A stretch of 64,000 nucleotides of DNA from Podospora anserina. Taxonomy: Eukaryota. Shown piece by piece: positions 14,415 to 26,042 of the stretch (its first letter is position 1; every line of letters begins with the position of its first letter). The stretch is from positions 2,418,001-2,482,000 of the forward strand of contig CM030332.1 in the NCBI GenBank assembly GCA_017654855.1, given 5' to 3'. The translations under genes and the position numbers were made by a program. A model generated the notes under the pieces. The model worked only from the letters and a program-made list of their open reading frames with translations. It had not been told where the DNA came from and did not search any database.

Positions 14415-17400
14415 TCATAGCCACTTGAACGGGTTAAAATCCCAAACCTCCATGCCAACACCACCCACCAGCACCTTCCCTGACTCGATAACCTCCACAT
14501 CCCCCACATCAGCTATCCCACTGTACCTATTATCCTGCAGCGATATCTTCATCCCCTGTCCGCCCTCTCCAGGTACCGCTCTCCAAAGCTTGATCCTCTG
14601 GTCATTGCTCACCGTCACCACCTCAATCATATCCGTATCATCCCTCACAATCTTCAGCCCCGTCACAGCCGCGCCGTGAGCAGAAGACACCCTGTACCGC
14701 CCACTCACCACATACTTCACATCATTCTCCTCCATCCTCAAATCAGTGATGACAAGAGCGTTATCGTCTCCACCCGTGGAGATAACATAGTGACAGTCTT
14801 CCAGATCAACTACATCAAGAGACTTGATACTACTCTGATGCACCTTCAACAACAACTTCAACCCCAGCGGCGAGTTATTCGCGTGCCCAACATCCGGGTC
14901 TATGTTCAGGTCTGGACGTGTCCAAATGGCGATGTGGCCGTCGGTATACGCCACCAGGATGTCTCCATTAGACAAGAATCGCAACTGCGTCGGACAAGCG
15001 CCCGTATATTTCGCCTCGCTGCCAAACTCGAATTCCTGAGTCCTTTCGCCATAGGCATACGTCTGGATGGTGGAGTTGGAAAGCGCAATCGCAAACTCGT
15101 TGTGGTACTCCCCGATGTAGTTGGTTGACCAGGAAAAGTCCATGATCCGCAGGTCTTTGTCCTTGCTTTGGAAGTTCCAGACAGCTTCGCATTTAACAGC
15201 GATGGTCTCATAGTCCGATTCGAGACGGGTGATGTCCCATATGAAGAGCTCCTCGCTTCCGCCGCAGCTAACGAGGGTGCTGTCACCCTTCCACTGGAGG
15301 GACTGGATGCCGGAGGAGTGCTTCTCTAGCGTGGCAAGACACTTGAAACCTTGTCCGGTTGGCGAGGGTGTCCAGATGCGGATCACGGTGTCTTCTGCTG
15401 CTGTGGCGATGTACTTGAACGAGGAGCTGCACGCTACAGCACGGATTTCTCTACCATGACCGCCTTCTTTGATGGTTCTGAGGAAGGTGGACGATTGTGA
15501 GTAGAAGCGGAGGTGAGAGGATTTGGTGAAAACCAGGCGAAGGGCGTTGGGGTTCGTCAAGGCGGAGATAATGGCGAATGAGCGGTGGGCGCCGCCGCAT
15601 TCAAGGGATGCTAGGACGGCGGATGTTGTAGCATTGTAGTAGATGAACTGTTTTCCTTTGAATCCATGGAGGATGAGTTCCGGGTTCTCGGCTGTGGTGA
15701 ACCAAGCACCCTCGATCATGCCCATTGGCGGTGAGATTTCATGTTGGAGACTAAAGGTACGATTGTCCGCCCTAAGGGTGTACATGCGGTATATTCCGTC
15801 CCGACATGTGGTAAGAAACTCGCGGGAACATCCAGGCAAAGGCACAATGGCGGTAATGGCGTCTTTGGTTTTGGGATCCCGGCAGGAGCACCCTGGGAAG
15901 AGGACATCGGTTTTGTCTCCCGAGTTGGGATAGGAGGTGACGAAACCCACGCGAGACCCCAGCATAATAACTGAACCAACTCGAGCTGCCGCTGTAGGGA
16001 TGTAGTTTTCCTTGAGAGAAAGAGTAACATTGCCAAAGCTTGGTTCGTTTGTTGAAGCGTTGAAACTGAGAATATAAGCGCGGTCGGCACCCAGCACCGT
16101 GACGACTGCCTGCCAGTTCTGAGCATCGGCGGCCACAAGCGGCAGAATATCCTGAATCTTTCCCGGCAATTGTCCAACAGAGCGGATTGGCTTTTCGCTT
16201 TGCAAGACATAGACATTTCCAGCTGCGCTGCCGAGAACAACTGTGTCCGCAGCCACGGTCTTCATAACATTGTAGGACCTCAAATCAGCCACAACCTCAG
16301 CAGGCAGCTGTACCTCCCTCCATTTTGGTTTTCCTTGGATATCAGCCATGAATATCCTCCCCGGAGATGTGGTTGAAACCACCCTGGAATCCGACAGGAA
16401 GGCGTACTTTTGAAAGGCTTGCCTGGGGTCTCCTTTCGGCAGAGGGCTCATTAAGGAAGTCTCTGGATTCTTTTGAATGTGTTCAAGAACGTCATCAAAA
16501 GAAAGATTGAGATCAAAATCCTCAAAGCCACCCTCGGAGGCTGAATTTGACAAACCCCCAGAAACGACAATCTTTCCATCCGCTCCGCCAGTGGCTATTA
16601 TGGAAGCCCGTCCCTCCCTATTCGAGACAGCAGCGGACCAAATATTCTTGCCATTATGGCAACCGTCAGTCGTGCGGTGCTTCAAAGCCCCCTTTGGCCC
16701 TTCCGACCCAGTCAAGTCAAGACTCAACTCCCATTTTTGTCTTGTAGTATCCTCGCCGAATGAGTACACATTAATGGGACCATTTGATCTCGATGTGTAT
16801 TCCCCAAACTTGACATGCCATATCCTTGACAAATGTCCCATGGCAACTGCCACACATCTTGTTGAGTCGTTTTTGTTCTCCTCCTTCACTTCCGAGTTAC
16901 CACCAAAACCGGTCTCTCTCGCTTCCCCAAGGGCTTTGGAATCTATTTCCATTCCATTTTCCCCGACAACGAGATGTCGATTAGTAATGTCCCATATCCT
17001 TATCGTCCTATCGTCACTGCAGCTTGCCAGTAGCCTGAACTTTGACCCAGGGCTAAATTCGAGCTCTGGTGATATAGTAACACCGAAAATCGACCCTTCG
17101 TGTCCACCAAACACGTATAGCACCTCCCATTGAGACGGCCTGCAAGAGTCCAGGTAGAATTTCCAGACAATAATCTCCCCGAATACTGTGCCGCCTGCTA
17201 CGAGGATGGTGTTGTCGCCCAGAAACGTGAGGTTCGCAGAATACAGGATGGGCCTCGATGGCGACACCACAGGCCCTAGCTCGAGGAGGTTTCCGTCTGA
17301 ACTGAGTTTGAGAGTGACAATTTCGTTATGAGCGGTGACTAGCGCGCCCAGAGTCTCGCCGTTGCAAGAGAAGAGGATGCCATCGTAGATCCAGTCTGGC

Positions 17401-17837
17401 GCTTGAAACTCGGTGGGTAACTCGGTAGGGGCGGTTCCTTGAATGAGGGATGCAACTGACGACGGTGGGAGAACCATGACAGATTGCCCACCCCAAATCA
17501 AGAATCCCCCTTCTGTTGTTGGGGTGCCATCCTCAGATTTCCAAGCATGAATTCCATGGATAGGCTGTGAGTTGAAAACTCTGAGTTGGCTGACGAGGCG
17601 AGAGGTGGCTACGTCATAAATTCTGAGCCAGGTGTCTTCACCTGCAAGGAGGTATGAAGAGTTGGACTCGGCATGATAGATCTCGAGGGCGGTGATGGGA
17701 CTGAGCACAAAGCTCTGTTGTAGTTGAGTTCGAGGATGAGGGGTGCTCTGAGATGTAAAGTTAGTGAGGGGGTTCGGGTTGTGTGTGAGTGACTCACGAG
17801 AGTTTGTAGGTTGAAGCCAACATACCGTTTGAGACAT
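14415..17837 (-). CDS. WD40-repeat protein, WDR6/Trm734(Rtt10)-like
   Basis: About 1100 aa with WD repeats: 'GTVFGEIIVW', 'GHEGSIFGV', 'LASCSDDRTIRIWD', 'CGGAHR', 'GHGREIRAV', 'HQSSIKSL'. A short intron probably follows MSQT (GTATG donor). Confidence 0.85.
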   Translation of the reverse strand: MSQTVCWLQPTNSRESLTHNPNPLTNFTSQSTPHPRTQLQQSFVLSPITALEIYHAESNSSYLLAGEDTWLRIYDVATSRLVSQLRVFNSQPIHGIHAWKSEDGTPTTEGGFLIWGGQSVMVLPPSSVASLIQGTAPTELPTEFQAPDWIYDGILFSCNGETLGALVTAHNEIVTLKLSSDGNLLELGPVVSPSRPILYSANLTFLGDNTILVAGGTVFGEIIVWKFYLDSCRPSQWEVLYVFGGHEGSIFGVTISPELEFSPGSKFRLLASCSDDRTIRIWDITNRHLVVGENGMEIDSKALGEARETGFGGNSEVKEENKNDSTRCVAVAMGHLSRIWHVKFGEYTSRSNGPINVYSFGEDTTRQKWELSLDLTGSEGPKGALKHRTTDGCHNGKNIWSAAVSNREGRASIIATGGADGKIVVSGGLSNSASEGGFEDFDLNLSFDDVLEHIQKNPETSLMSPLPKGDPRQAFQKYAFLSDSRVVSTTSPGRIFMADIQGKPKWREVQLPAEVVADLRSYNVMKTVAADTVVLGSAAGNVYVLQSEKPIRSVGQLPGKIQDILPLVAADAQNWQAVVTVLGADRAYILSFNASTNEPSFGNVTLSLKENYIPTAAARVGSVIMLGSRVGFVTSYPNSGDKTDVLFPGCSCRDPKTKDAITAIVPLPGCSREFLTTCRDGIYRMYTLRADNRTFSLQHEISPPMGMIEGAWFTTAENPELILHGFKGKQFIYYNATTSAVLASLECGGAHRSFAIISALTNPNALRLVFTKSSHLRFYSQSSTFLRTIKEGGHGREIRAVACSSSFKYIATAAEDTVIRIWTPSPTGQGFKCLATLEKHSSGIQSLQWKGDSTLVSCGGSEELFIWDITRLESDYETIAVKCEAVWNFQSKDKDLRIMDFSWSTNYIGEYHNEFAIALSNSTIQTYAYGERTQEFEFGSEAKYTGACPTQLRFLSNGDILVAYTDGHIAIWTRPDLNIDPDVGHANNSPLGLKLLLKVHQSSIKSLDVVDLEDCHYVISTGGDDNALVITDLRMEENDVKYVVSGRYRVSSAHGAAVTGLKIVRDDTDMIEVVTVSNDQRIKLWRAVPGEGGQGMKISLQDNRYSGIADVGDVEVIESGKVLVGGVGMEVWDFNPFKWL

Positions 17838-19208
17838 AATGATGACGTAAGAAATACCCGTTGATAATGTGATTCGTCTTCATAGGTGTCATAAAATCAT
17901 TTTCATGTGTGAGCGTTATTCGTGTGCCAGTGGTGTGGTTTTGAGTGTGAGGGAAGCAAAGGCTCAGGGTGTGAGAACTTTCGGCCAATAAGCACGCACC
18001 AATAGTGACCCACTCAGGCAGGCTGCCTGAGTGGGTCCATGGACCCCTTTCAACTTCAACTCGTGAACTTGAGGATGGCCAAGGCATCATTCCACATTTA
18101 TGCTTAGGGTTCAAGTTGATGTGAGGTGGGATGAATAAGTCTTCTTATTTCCAAACTAAAGGCCGTGTAACGCAAGACAAAATTGCCCAAGTGCGTGGGC
18201 AGCTAGCTAACATGGCAGACCAAATTCTTCATATTGATCAGGACTGTTGCCGTATAAAACAACTTCAAGTCCACTTGTTACTTCTTCGTTCCTCCAGACT
18301 CCTCTCCCTCTGAGCTACTACCGGTGACTACGCCGCATCATGGCCGTCCTTGATGGTGGCACCACATATTTTGCAGACGTTATGTCTCGGGACTCCCGGC
18401 ATTGTGTTTAAGAAAGCTTGTTGGTCGTAAGAATTTTGTGTTTTTATGTGCGTAGTGTTGGTTGTAGTTTGTGGGTGAGAGCTGTCGAGTGATGGTTAAT
18501 GGAAATGTCGATGACAGAAACGTTGTTAGGTAGAGAGACTCGGTGCGTTGCATTTTCTTATATACAACTTTTCCAATCTTTTTAAGCCGGCTTTTGCGCT
18601 CCATTGACGTGGCATCATTGGTAAATGTGAAGGTGTCATTACGGTATCTATCATGTGGCATCATGGTGTTCATGGTGGTCTCATTGAACTGGGTAATATG
18701 GCCTTTTAATGGTGTTCTGGTGACCCGAAACTCGGCCATATGCTGGGTTGATTGTGAGGTGAAAGATAGAGGGAGATCAGAGGTTGAGGAGTGAAACGAG
18801 AAGTTACAAGACACATATGTCACACCAAAAGCACAAACAGAAAGACTTAGCGTTGAAACAAGCACCATTCATCAGCGTCAATTTGCCCAGTCGCTTCCCG
18901 AGCGTATGTCACCCTGGCCTCTTCGTAATAACTGTGTTGTTGTTACGCGTATGCTGACTTGGCTTTTGCATTATAGGCTTCTACGTAAACATGGGTACGA
19001 TGAGCCAAACCGCATCTCGATCCTGAAGTAGCAATCATCTTTGCTAGAGGCTTGTCCCAAGTTTGAGTGATGTTGTGGTTGGAGAATGTGCTTGCTCACT
19101 GACTCCAGCCAACTGCTCGCTAGAAGGCGAGCACTATAAGATTCCCCATATAATCAAGATAGATCAGTTTCCGTTCATTGCACCAACTCACCCACGTTAT
19201 CGCAAATC

Positions 19209-20488
19209 ATGGCCACCTTTCATAACCCTAATGTAATACCCGACAACAGCCTCCTGAGCCAGATATTCGGCAAAAACGTGCTTTTAAGGCTGGCCACCGT
19301 ACGCCAGGACGGGGATCGCTGCGTCTCCAAAGCCTTAGTACTAAAAAAGCTTGACCATGGCCAGAATTCATGCTTTGTGCGCCTCCGCGCTCTGGACAAG
19401 CCGGCACCCTCGTTTTACACGGTTGCTGCTATGCAAAAAATAGCCGCATCTTGCATCAAACACCTTGTTCCAGCAACCATCAAAATCGGTGAGGCAACCA
19501 ATGACCAAGGAAGAAAGTTCCAGTTTTGGGTCATGGAACGTGGCAAAGGAATTGCCCTGGACAACATCTGGGAAAAGATGGACCATGAGAATCGGAAGTC
19601 TGTGGTCAAGAACCTGGTCGAGGTGCTCTTTTCACTTCAATCTTTGAAGATCTCAGACTACAAAGTCCAGAACACCCTCCAGGAATCACTCGGCGAGCAC
19701 AGAAAGGAAGAACTTACGGAGGCTGCCAAGGCTTCCTTCGGGGGCCCATTGTCGGGATTCCTGGAAACAGAGGCCTTTTTCATGGCCTTTCTCTTGCGAG
19801 TGTTCGGCTTTGACCAGCCATTCAAGAACATCTTCGTAAACCGATTTAACAGCATGAAGCCTGTGTCTGATCCGGCCGGCATTGTGTTGGAATGTACGGC
19901 AAAACATGTAGACTCGATAAGAATCAACGATGATGATATGCGGAAGTTGTAAGTGCATCGATCATATATACCACTGGGATGCCCTAGTAATTTGCCGAAA
20001 GGAGGCAAGGGGCTGTTTTCTGCCTCAACGACATTATGCCTCAGAACATCATGGTCCTAGGGGTTGAAACCGATGATGGACGAGTGAAATACGAGCTCAC
20101 TGGTCTCGTGGAGTGGGCATGGGCTGGTTTCTTTCCCCCCTCATTTCAGCTGAGCTTACAAGACTCATTGGTGGGTGTTACAAGCCGCCATCTTTCCTTC
20201 TACTTATTTTTGAAACAAGAACTCATTGGGTTTCTCCCTCGAACCCCGCCACATATGTCGTTGGCGAGGGCCATGTTCCACCTCTTGGAGGCCCAGCAAG
20301 TGAAGAAGTTGGCTGAGGCCGATATGGAAGCTCAAATTCGCAAACGGTACATGGCCGTGATGCGGTTATCCCGGGACAAGGATCCGTATGTTGGATGGAT
20401 ATATGACGTCGAAGGACCAATTCCGGAGGTGTCGGCTGAAGCTTATGACAGGATGGAGATCGATGCTGTTAATAGCATGTGGGACTAG
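19209..20488 (+). CDS. APH/choline-kinase-like phosphotransferase-fold protein with degenerate catalytic motifs
   Basis: ORFs 19209-19952 and 20036-20488 are joined by an intron starting GTAAGT at about 19949 (CTAAT-like branch TAGTAAT). Motifs 'WVMERGKGIALDNIW', 'CLNDIMPQNIMV' and 'LTGLVEWAWAGFFP' resemble fungal APH-like proteins. Confidence 0.65.
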
Positions 20489-20813
20489 CTATCTTGATGA
20501 ATAGTAAATTCTCTAAAGTAAATGAATTGAGATATCAAATCAGCCAACAACCCTAACCCATCAATGGCTGAAGTAGGGAACCGGTGGGGGGTGTGGGGGT
20601 CCTATGAGGTCAGTGCTTGTTGGGCCGTCACCGCGGGGTAGCTTACCCCTGCTCGAGGGACCCCTGGCAGCGGCAAGAGCGGAGACAGCGGGACATCGCC
20701 AGCATCATCACCGCCTTGAATCTCAGTCAGCTCCTTTTCAACTATTGGCAAGACAAAGATTATCCAGCCGTGCCAGCCTCATATCTTACCCAAACTCCAA
20801 TTACAACATCAAA

Positions 20814-23166
20814 ATGGTCGGTCTTGGTCCCAAGCGTCCTCCCTCCCGAAAAGGCACTGGTACGTAAACAGTTGGTTGCAATCTCCAAACCCCAGCTCGG
20901 GAATCTCCAACAGCTTTCCATGCCCAACATAACCCCTCTCGGCTTTATTCATTGCTGCCTATTGTTTTTGTTGAATACAAGATGCAGTCAGGCACAATTG
21001 CTCCTGCCATCCGTCTGATTGTACACTCGGAAGGGCCAAGTGGTTCTTCCCCCCAGCGCCTTGTGTGGTTTTGGTGCTGTGTCGCGTGCGTACCATCCGG
21101 GAAGAGGCGAAGCGGAAGTCACGTTGGAGTGAAGACCCTATCTGTGTACCGTCCGCGATAATCTTGGATGATGTGACATCACTCACTCTTCTGGTTTTCT
21201 GCATGCTCAGTCACCAACACACCACCAACCTATCCGATCAGGCTTCCCAGCATTTCTCCACCTTGTTCTGCCTTGGCATATTTCTTCCTAAAGTACCCTT
21301 TTTGCGAATCGCTATATTCGATCCCTACTCTGGCCTGCATTAGGTACCCAGCCTCCTACCTTGCCCTACAAATAAGTACCTGAGCCATGTCTTTCTTCGG
21401 CATGAGATCCCTGGTCAATCCCGACAACGTCAACCAACACCACCCAATTCCTCTGTCAAAGAGCCACGCCTACCGACACCACTCTATTTTCTCCAGCAAC
21501 AGTTCTCAGTCCAGCCGACAGGGCAAGGCCTGTGCGCTCTTGTCCCTTGCTTCTTAACTGACCATGTCATCAGGCTCGTTTGTCGAAGTCCCCAAGGACC
21601 TGCTCAAGGAGATTAAGCGCCTTGAGGAGCTGTTCACGGTTGATACGGCAAAGCTCAAACAGATTACCGACCACTTTGTCAATGAACTCGAAAAGGGTCT
21701 CAGCAAGGAGGGTGGGACCATCGTAAGTTTATCTTGAGCCAATGTTGGGTGTTACTCACGGCTAATGCGTCAAAGCCCATGAACCCAACATGGGTCATGT
21801 CCTTTCCCACTGGCTATGAGACCGGTACTTACCTGGCCCTTGACATGGGCGGCACCAACCTGCGTGTCTGCCAGATCACTTTAACGGAGCAAAAGTCAGA
21901 ATTCGACATTATCCAGTCAAAGTACCGCATGCCCGAGGAGCTCAAGACAGGTGTGGCTGAAGATCTGTGGGAATACATTGCCGAGTGCTTGTTGCAGTTC
22001 ATCCAGACTCACCACGGCGATGTCGCCAAGCTCGATAAGCTTCCTCTAGGCTTCACCTTCTCCTACCCTGCCACTCAAAATTACATTGATGAGGGCATCC
22101 TTCAGCGGTGGACCAAGGGCTTCGATATCGATGGTGTTGAGGGCCGCAATGTTGTTCCCATGTTTGAGAAGGCCCTTCAAGAGCGGGTATGTCTAGGAGG
22201 CTAAGGGATGAGCGATGATATGCTGACCATCCACAGGGCGTGCCAATCAAGCTGACTGCTCTTATCAACGATACCACCGGCACCCTCATTGCCTCTGCGT
22301 ACACCGACACTAAGATGAAGATTGGTTGTATCTTTGGCACCGGTTGCAATGCCGCTTACATGGAGGACTGTGGTTCTATCCCTAAGCTTGCGCACCTTAA
22401 CCTCCCACCCGATACCCCCATGGCTATCAACTGCGAGTGGGGAGCTTTCGACAATGAGCTTAAGGTGCTCCCTCGGACTCCCTACGATGAATCCATTGAT
22501 ACGGATTCACCTCGCCCCGGTCAACAGGCATTTGAGAAGATGATTGCAGGGTTATACCTGGGAGAGATCTTCCGCTTGATCATGGTAGACCTGCATGACA
22601 ACCATAATGTCAACATCTTTGCCGGACAGGATATCGGGAAGTTACGGAGGCCGTACACCCTTGACTCGTCATTCCTGTCGGCCATTGAGGAGTATGTTTA
22701 TTTACAGAAGTTGATTGATGTTGAATGCTAACCAGAATACAGTGACCCGTTCGAGAACCTGTCCGAGACCCGCGAGCTCTTCCAGAACCAACTTGGCATC
22801 GATCCCAACCCCTCAGAGCTCGAGCTTATCCGCCGTGCTGCGGAGCTGATTGGCACCCGTGCCGCCCGTCTCTCAGCCTGCGGCGTTGCTGCCATCAGCA
22901 AAAAGAAGGGCTACAAGGAATGCCACGTCGGCGCTGACGGGTCGGTATTCAACAAGTACCCTCACTTCAAGAAGCGTGGTGCGGCTGCCCTTCGTGAGAT
23001 TCTCGACTGGCCCGCAAAGGCGGATCCCAACGATGACGACCCCATCGAGATCTTGGCCGCCGAGGATGGAAGCGGCGTGGGCGCTGCATTGATTGCGGCT
23101 TTGACACTGGAGAGGGTGAAAAAGGGGAATATGCATGGAATTTTGCACCCGGAGAACTTCCACTAA
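20814..23166 (+). CDS. Hexokinase
   Basis: Exon 1 'MVGLGPKRPPSRKGT', then a 714-nt intron (20860-21573). Motifs 'YLALDMGGTNLRV', 'LGFTFSYP', 'WTKGF', 'INDTTGT', 'INCEWGAFD', 'FEKMIAGLYLGE', 'AEDGSGVGAA'. Stop at 23164-23166. Confidence 0.95.
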
Positions 23167-23330
23167 GCGGGTGTGTTTTGGAGTGTTTGTTGAGATTGGG
23201 TATAGGATTGCAGAGCATACGGATTACGAAGTTCAAGAGTAGCAGATGGTTTCAGTTCCGTTGATCACAGATTATAGTAGCTTAGAACGTTGAATTAAGG
23301 GGCTTCATTTTGTCATTGTATCTGCTGTTG

Positions 23331-25232
23331 TCAGTTTTGACTTGTCAGCCTCTTTTTTTCCCCCTTTGCCTTTTCCATGGCGTATTTGAAGGTATCGATC
23401 AGCTCCTCCTCACTCTCCAACCCAACCGATACCCGGACCTGCTCTGGGTTCGCCCCAAAAGTCTTGAGGTACTCCGCCGCCTCTGGCTCAACGCCCCAGA
23501 TTGCATCGTTGAAGGGGAAGGCAAGAGTGAGGTGGGCGCCGAGGTGAGGACCCTGGTATACGGACAGGTTATCGTAGAATGTCTTTGCCAGGTCGAGGGA
23601 TTCGAAATCGACGGCCAAAAGGCAGCCGTACCCCGGGTTAGGGAACTCGGGAGTTGGCGCGCGCATTACGGCGTCGTAGTTGGGCTTTGTGTCTAGGAAG
23701 GGGGGATAGAAAACTGCTTTTACGGGGGAGGAGGGGTCCTGGGCTTCCGAGTTGAGGTAGGTGGCTAGGGATAGGGCGTTGGAGTTTAGGGTTGCTGAGC
23801 GGGCGAGGTAGGATTGGGAGTTGGAGAGGAGGAGGGAGGCGTCGGGGTGGAAGTACTCGTTGCGGAAGGTGGTTGTGAGGAGGGGGGAGAGAGAGGGGGA
23901 GAGGGGGGTGGACGGGGGGAGGAGGAGGGAGCCGCCCATGCACTGTGGAAGATGTTAGTAAAGGGGGATAGGGATGGTGGAAAAGGGGGAGACGTACGTT
24001 GGCGTATCCGGAGAGGGACTTGGTTATGGAGGTTACAATGACGTCGGCGACGGGGAGGACGTCGATGTTGGCGAAGGAGCCGATTGTGTCGTCTATGATG
24101 ATAGGGAAGTCGTATTTATCGGCCTAGCACATATTTTGTCAGTTCAGTGTTTTTGCCCACAAGAAAATGGGGGTTGGATCTGTCTGGACGACTTACCAAT
24201 TTTCTCAACCTAACCAAATCAACCGAGACCAGAATCGGATTAGAAGGGAACTCGGCAAAGCAATACGCCGGCCTCCCCCCTTTTTGTTTCTCCCCCTCCA
24301 GATACTTTTCCAATTCGTCAAACAGATTCGACTTTGCGTCACAGCTCCCAAAGTGCTTCATCCCGTTGGGTGACTCCTCGAAGAGGTGGTAGCTGTTGTG
24401 GAACACACTCCCCAAAACGACGATCTCCCCTTCTGGACGAAGGGTGATAAGCGCGTTGTGCAACCTCCACACGGCGGCCATGCCAGTAGGGTAAAGGAAG
24501 ACATTCTCCGGTGACAACAAATTCGCTTTCTCCTTGTCGAGCGGAGAGCGTTGAGCTAGCTCGACGATGCGAGACTTGAGGCCGGTGTGGGCTTCGGTCA
24601 GGGGGAGATAGGTTGGTTCGGGGATGTTGGGGAGGGAGACATCGTCCGCGCCGGTGGCGGTAAATGGAAGGATGGCAAGGGAGTCAAGGTGGGCAAGGCA
24701 GGCGGCGGCTAGGCGGGAGGAGATGCCGCAGCCGTAGTTTTGCCATGTGCCTACTACCCCCGGGGCGTGCTTTTGGGGGAAGGCGGTGATATACAGCCTG
24801 ACTTTGTCCTCGGAAGAAATGGGGATTTCGACTACGCGGAACCAGAGGTCGGATGGGGGGACGAGGTGCTCCGGTTTGCGCCATTTGCCGTCGGAGGAGT
24901 AGCGTTGGGCGGTGGTGAAGGAGTCGGGGTGGACGAAGATGATGAGGCCGTAGGTTTCTGGGAGGGAGAGGGCTTTGTGGAGGGCGGTCGAGAGCTGGTG
25001 GTGAAGTTAGAATATGGGTGAGTGAACAAGGGGAAAGGGGAACGCTTACCTGGCGCACTTCACACCATGGGCCGAAACGGGGGTAGATGGAGCTGAGTTT
25101 AGACAAGAGGTTTGGGTCACCTCTGCGGAGGGCTTTGGCTGTCTCCCAGCCGGGAATGTGAAAGGTGATGTTGTGAGGCTGCTCGGGTGGGATAGAGTGC
25201 CCGAGTTCTGTGGTGATGACCTTGACGGGCAT
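23331..25232 (-). CDS. PLP-dependent cystathionine gamma-synthase-like protein (Str2/Met-7 family)
   Basis: 'LGHSIPP..PHNITFHIPGW', 'YPRF', 'VFLYPTGMAA', 'EFPSNPIL', 'SLTKSLSGYA', 'GYGCLL', 'GPHLGAHLTL', 'VRVSVGLE'. Three introns inferred. Confidence 0.85.
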
Positions 25233-26042
25233 TTTGCTGACTTAGGTAATTTGACTTTCTCTTCTGGCGTGAGACTCACTCAGGTGTAAGCGAGAGTGAG
25301 ATTACAGGTGAGTGTGAGCGATTATGAAATGTGCTTATTCACGCACCATATGCCGAAAAGAGCAACAGTCACCAGTGAAACTTCAAAGATGAGATGGAAT
25401 TCAAGACATCTCTAAATTTATAAGTCATGTCCGACTTCGCATACACCCCATAAAATACCCCAGATTCGGCAGACGACCCTGGCCCAAGGGGCTGGAACCG
25501 CCGCAACGGCTCGAGAACAGGTTAGTCACAAAGCACGACATCGGGGATGGCGGTTTTTGTTGTCTACAACTTGACGGAGTATCCCGCCCACGTTCTTTGA
25601 TACGATGGCTCAATATCCCGCGCCGACTTCAGCCCCGAAACCTCCCTTTCCCTCTTCTCGTTCGATGTTGAAACCAACTTCACCAATGAAAAATCATCTC
25701 TATTCCCCGAGAGCTGCAGTCCAACACAAGAGCAAAAAAGAGGGGCTCCGAAAGTGGAGGCCGAACCTCCCGCCCGAGTCACATCCGTTGATCCCCGATG
25801 CTGGCCGGTGGAGCAGGGACTCCCTCGGTGACCATGTTATTCAAAGTCTCATCGCCGACTCAGTTGTGACAAGTCTTGAATGTGTCATGCTGTGCTGTGT
25901 TTTGCTGGCTACATTCTATACCATTGAATCGCAAAAAATATGCATCGCTCTCCTATGCCCGCTGACAAAAACAGTTCTAACTTGTTGTACAAGAACACCC
26001 TCCTACATTCCATATCCAAATTGCACCCTATCTGATATGAGA

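Noticed and set aside
18380-18868. 162-aa minus-strand ORF between the WD40 and APH-like genes
   Set aside because: It has no recognisable domain or clear gene structure. A small orphan gene cannot be excluded.
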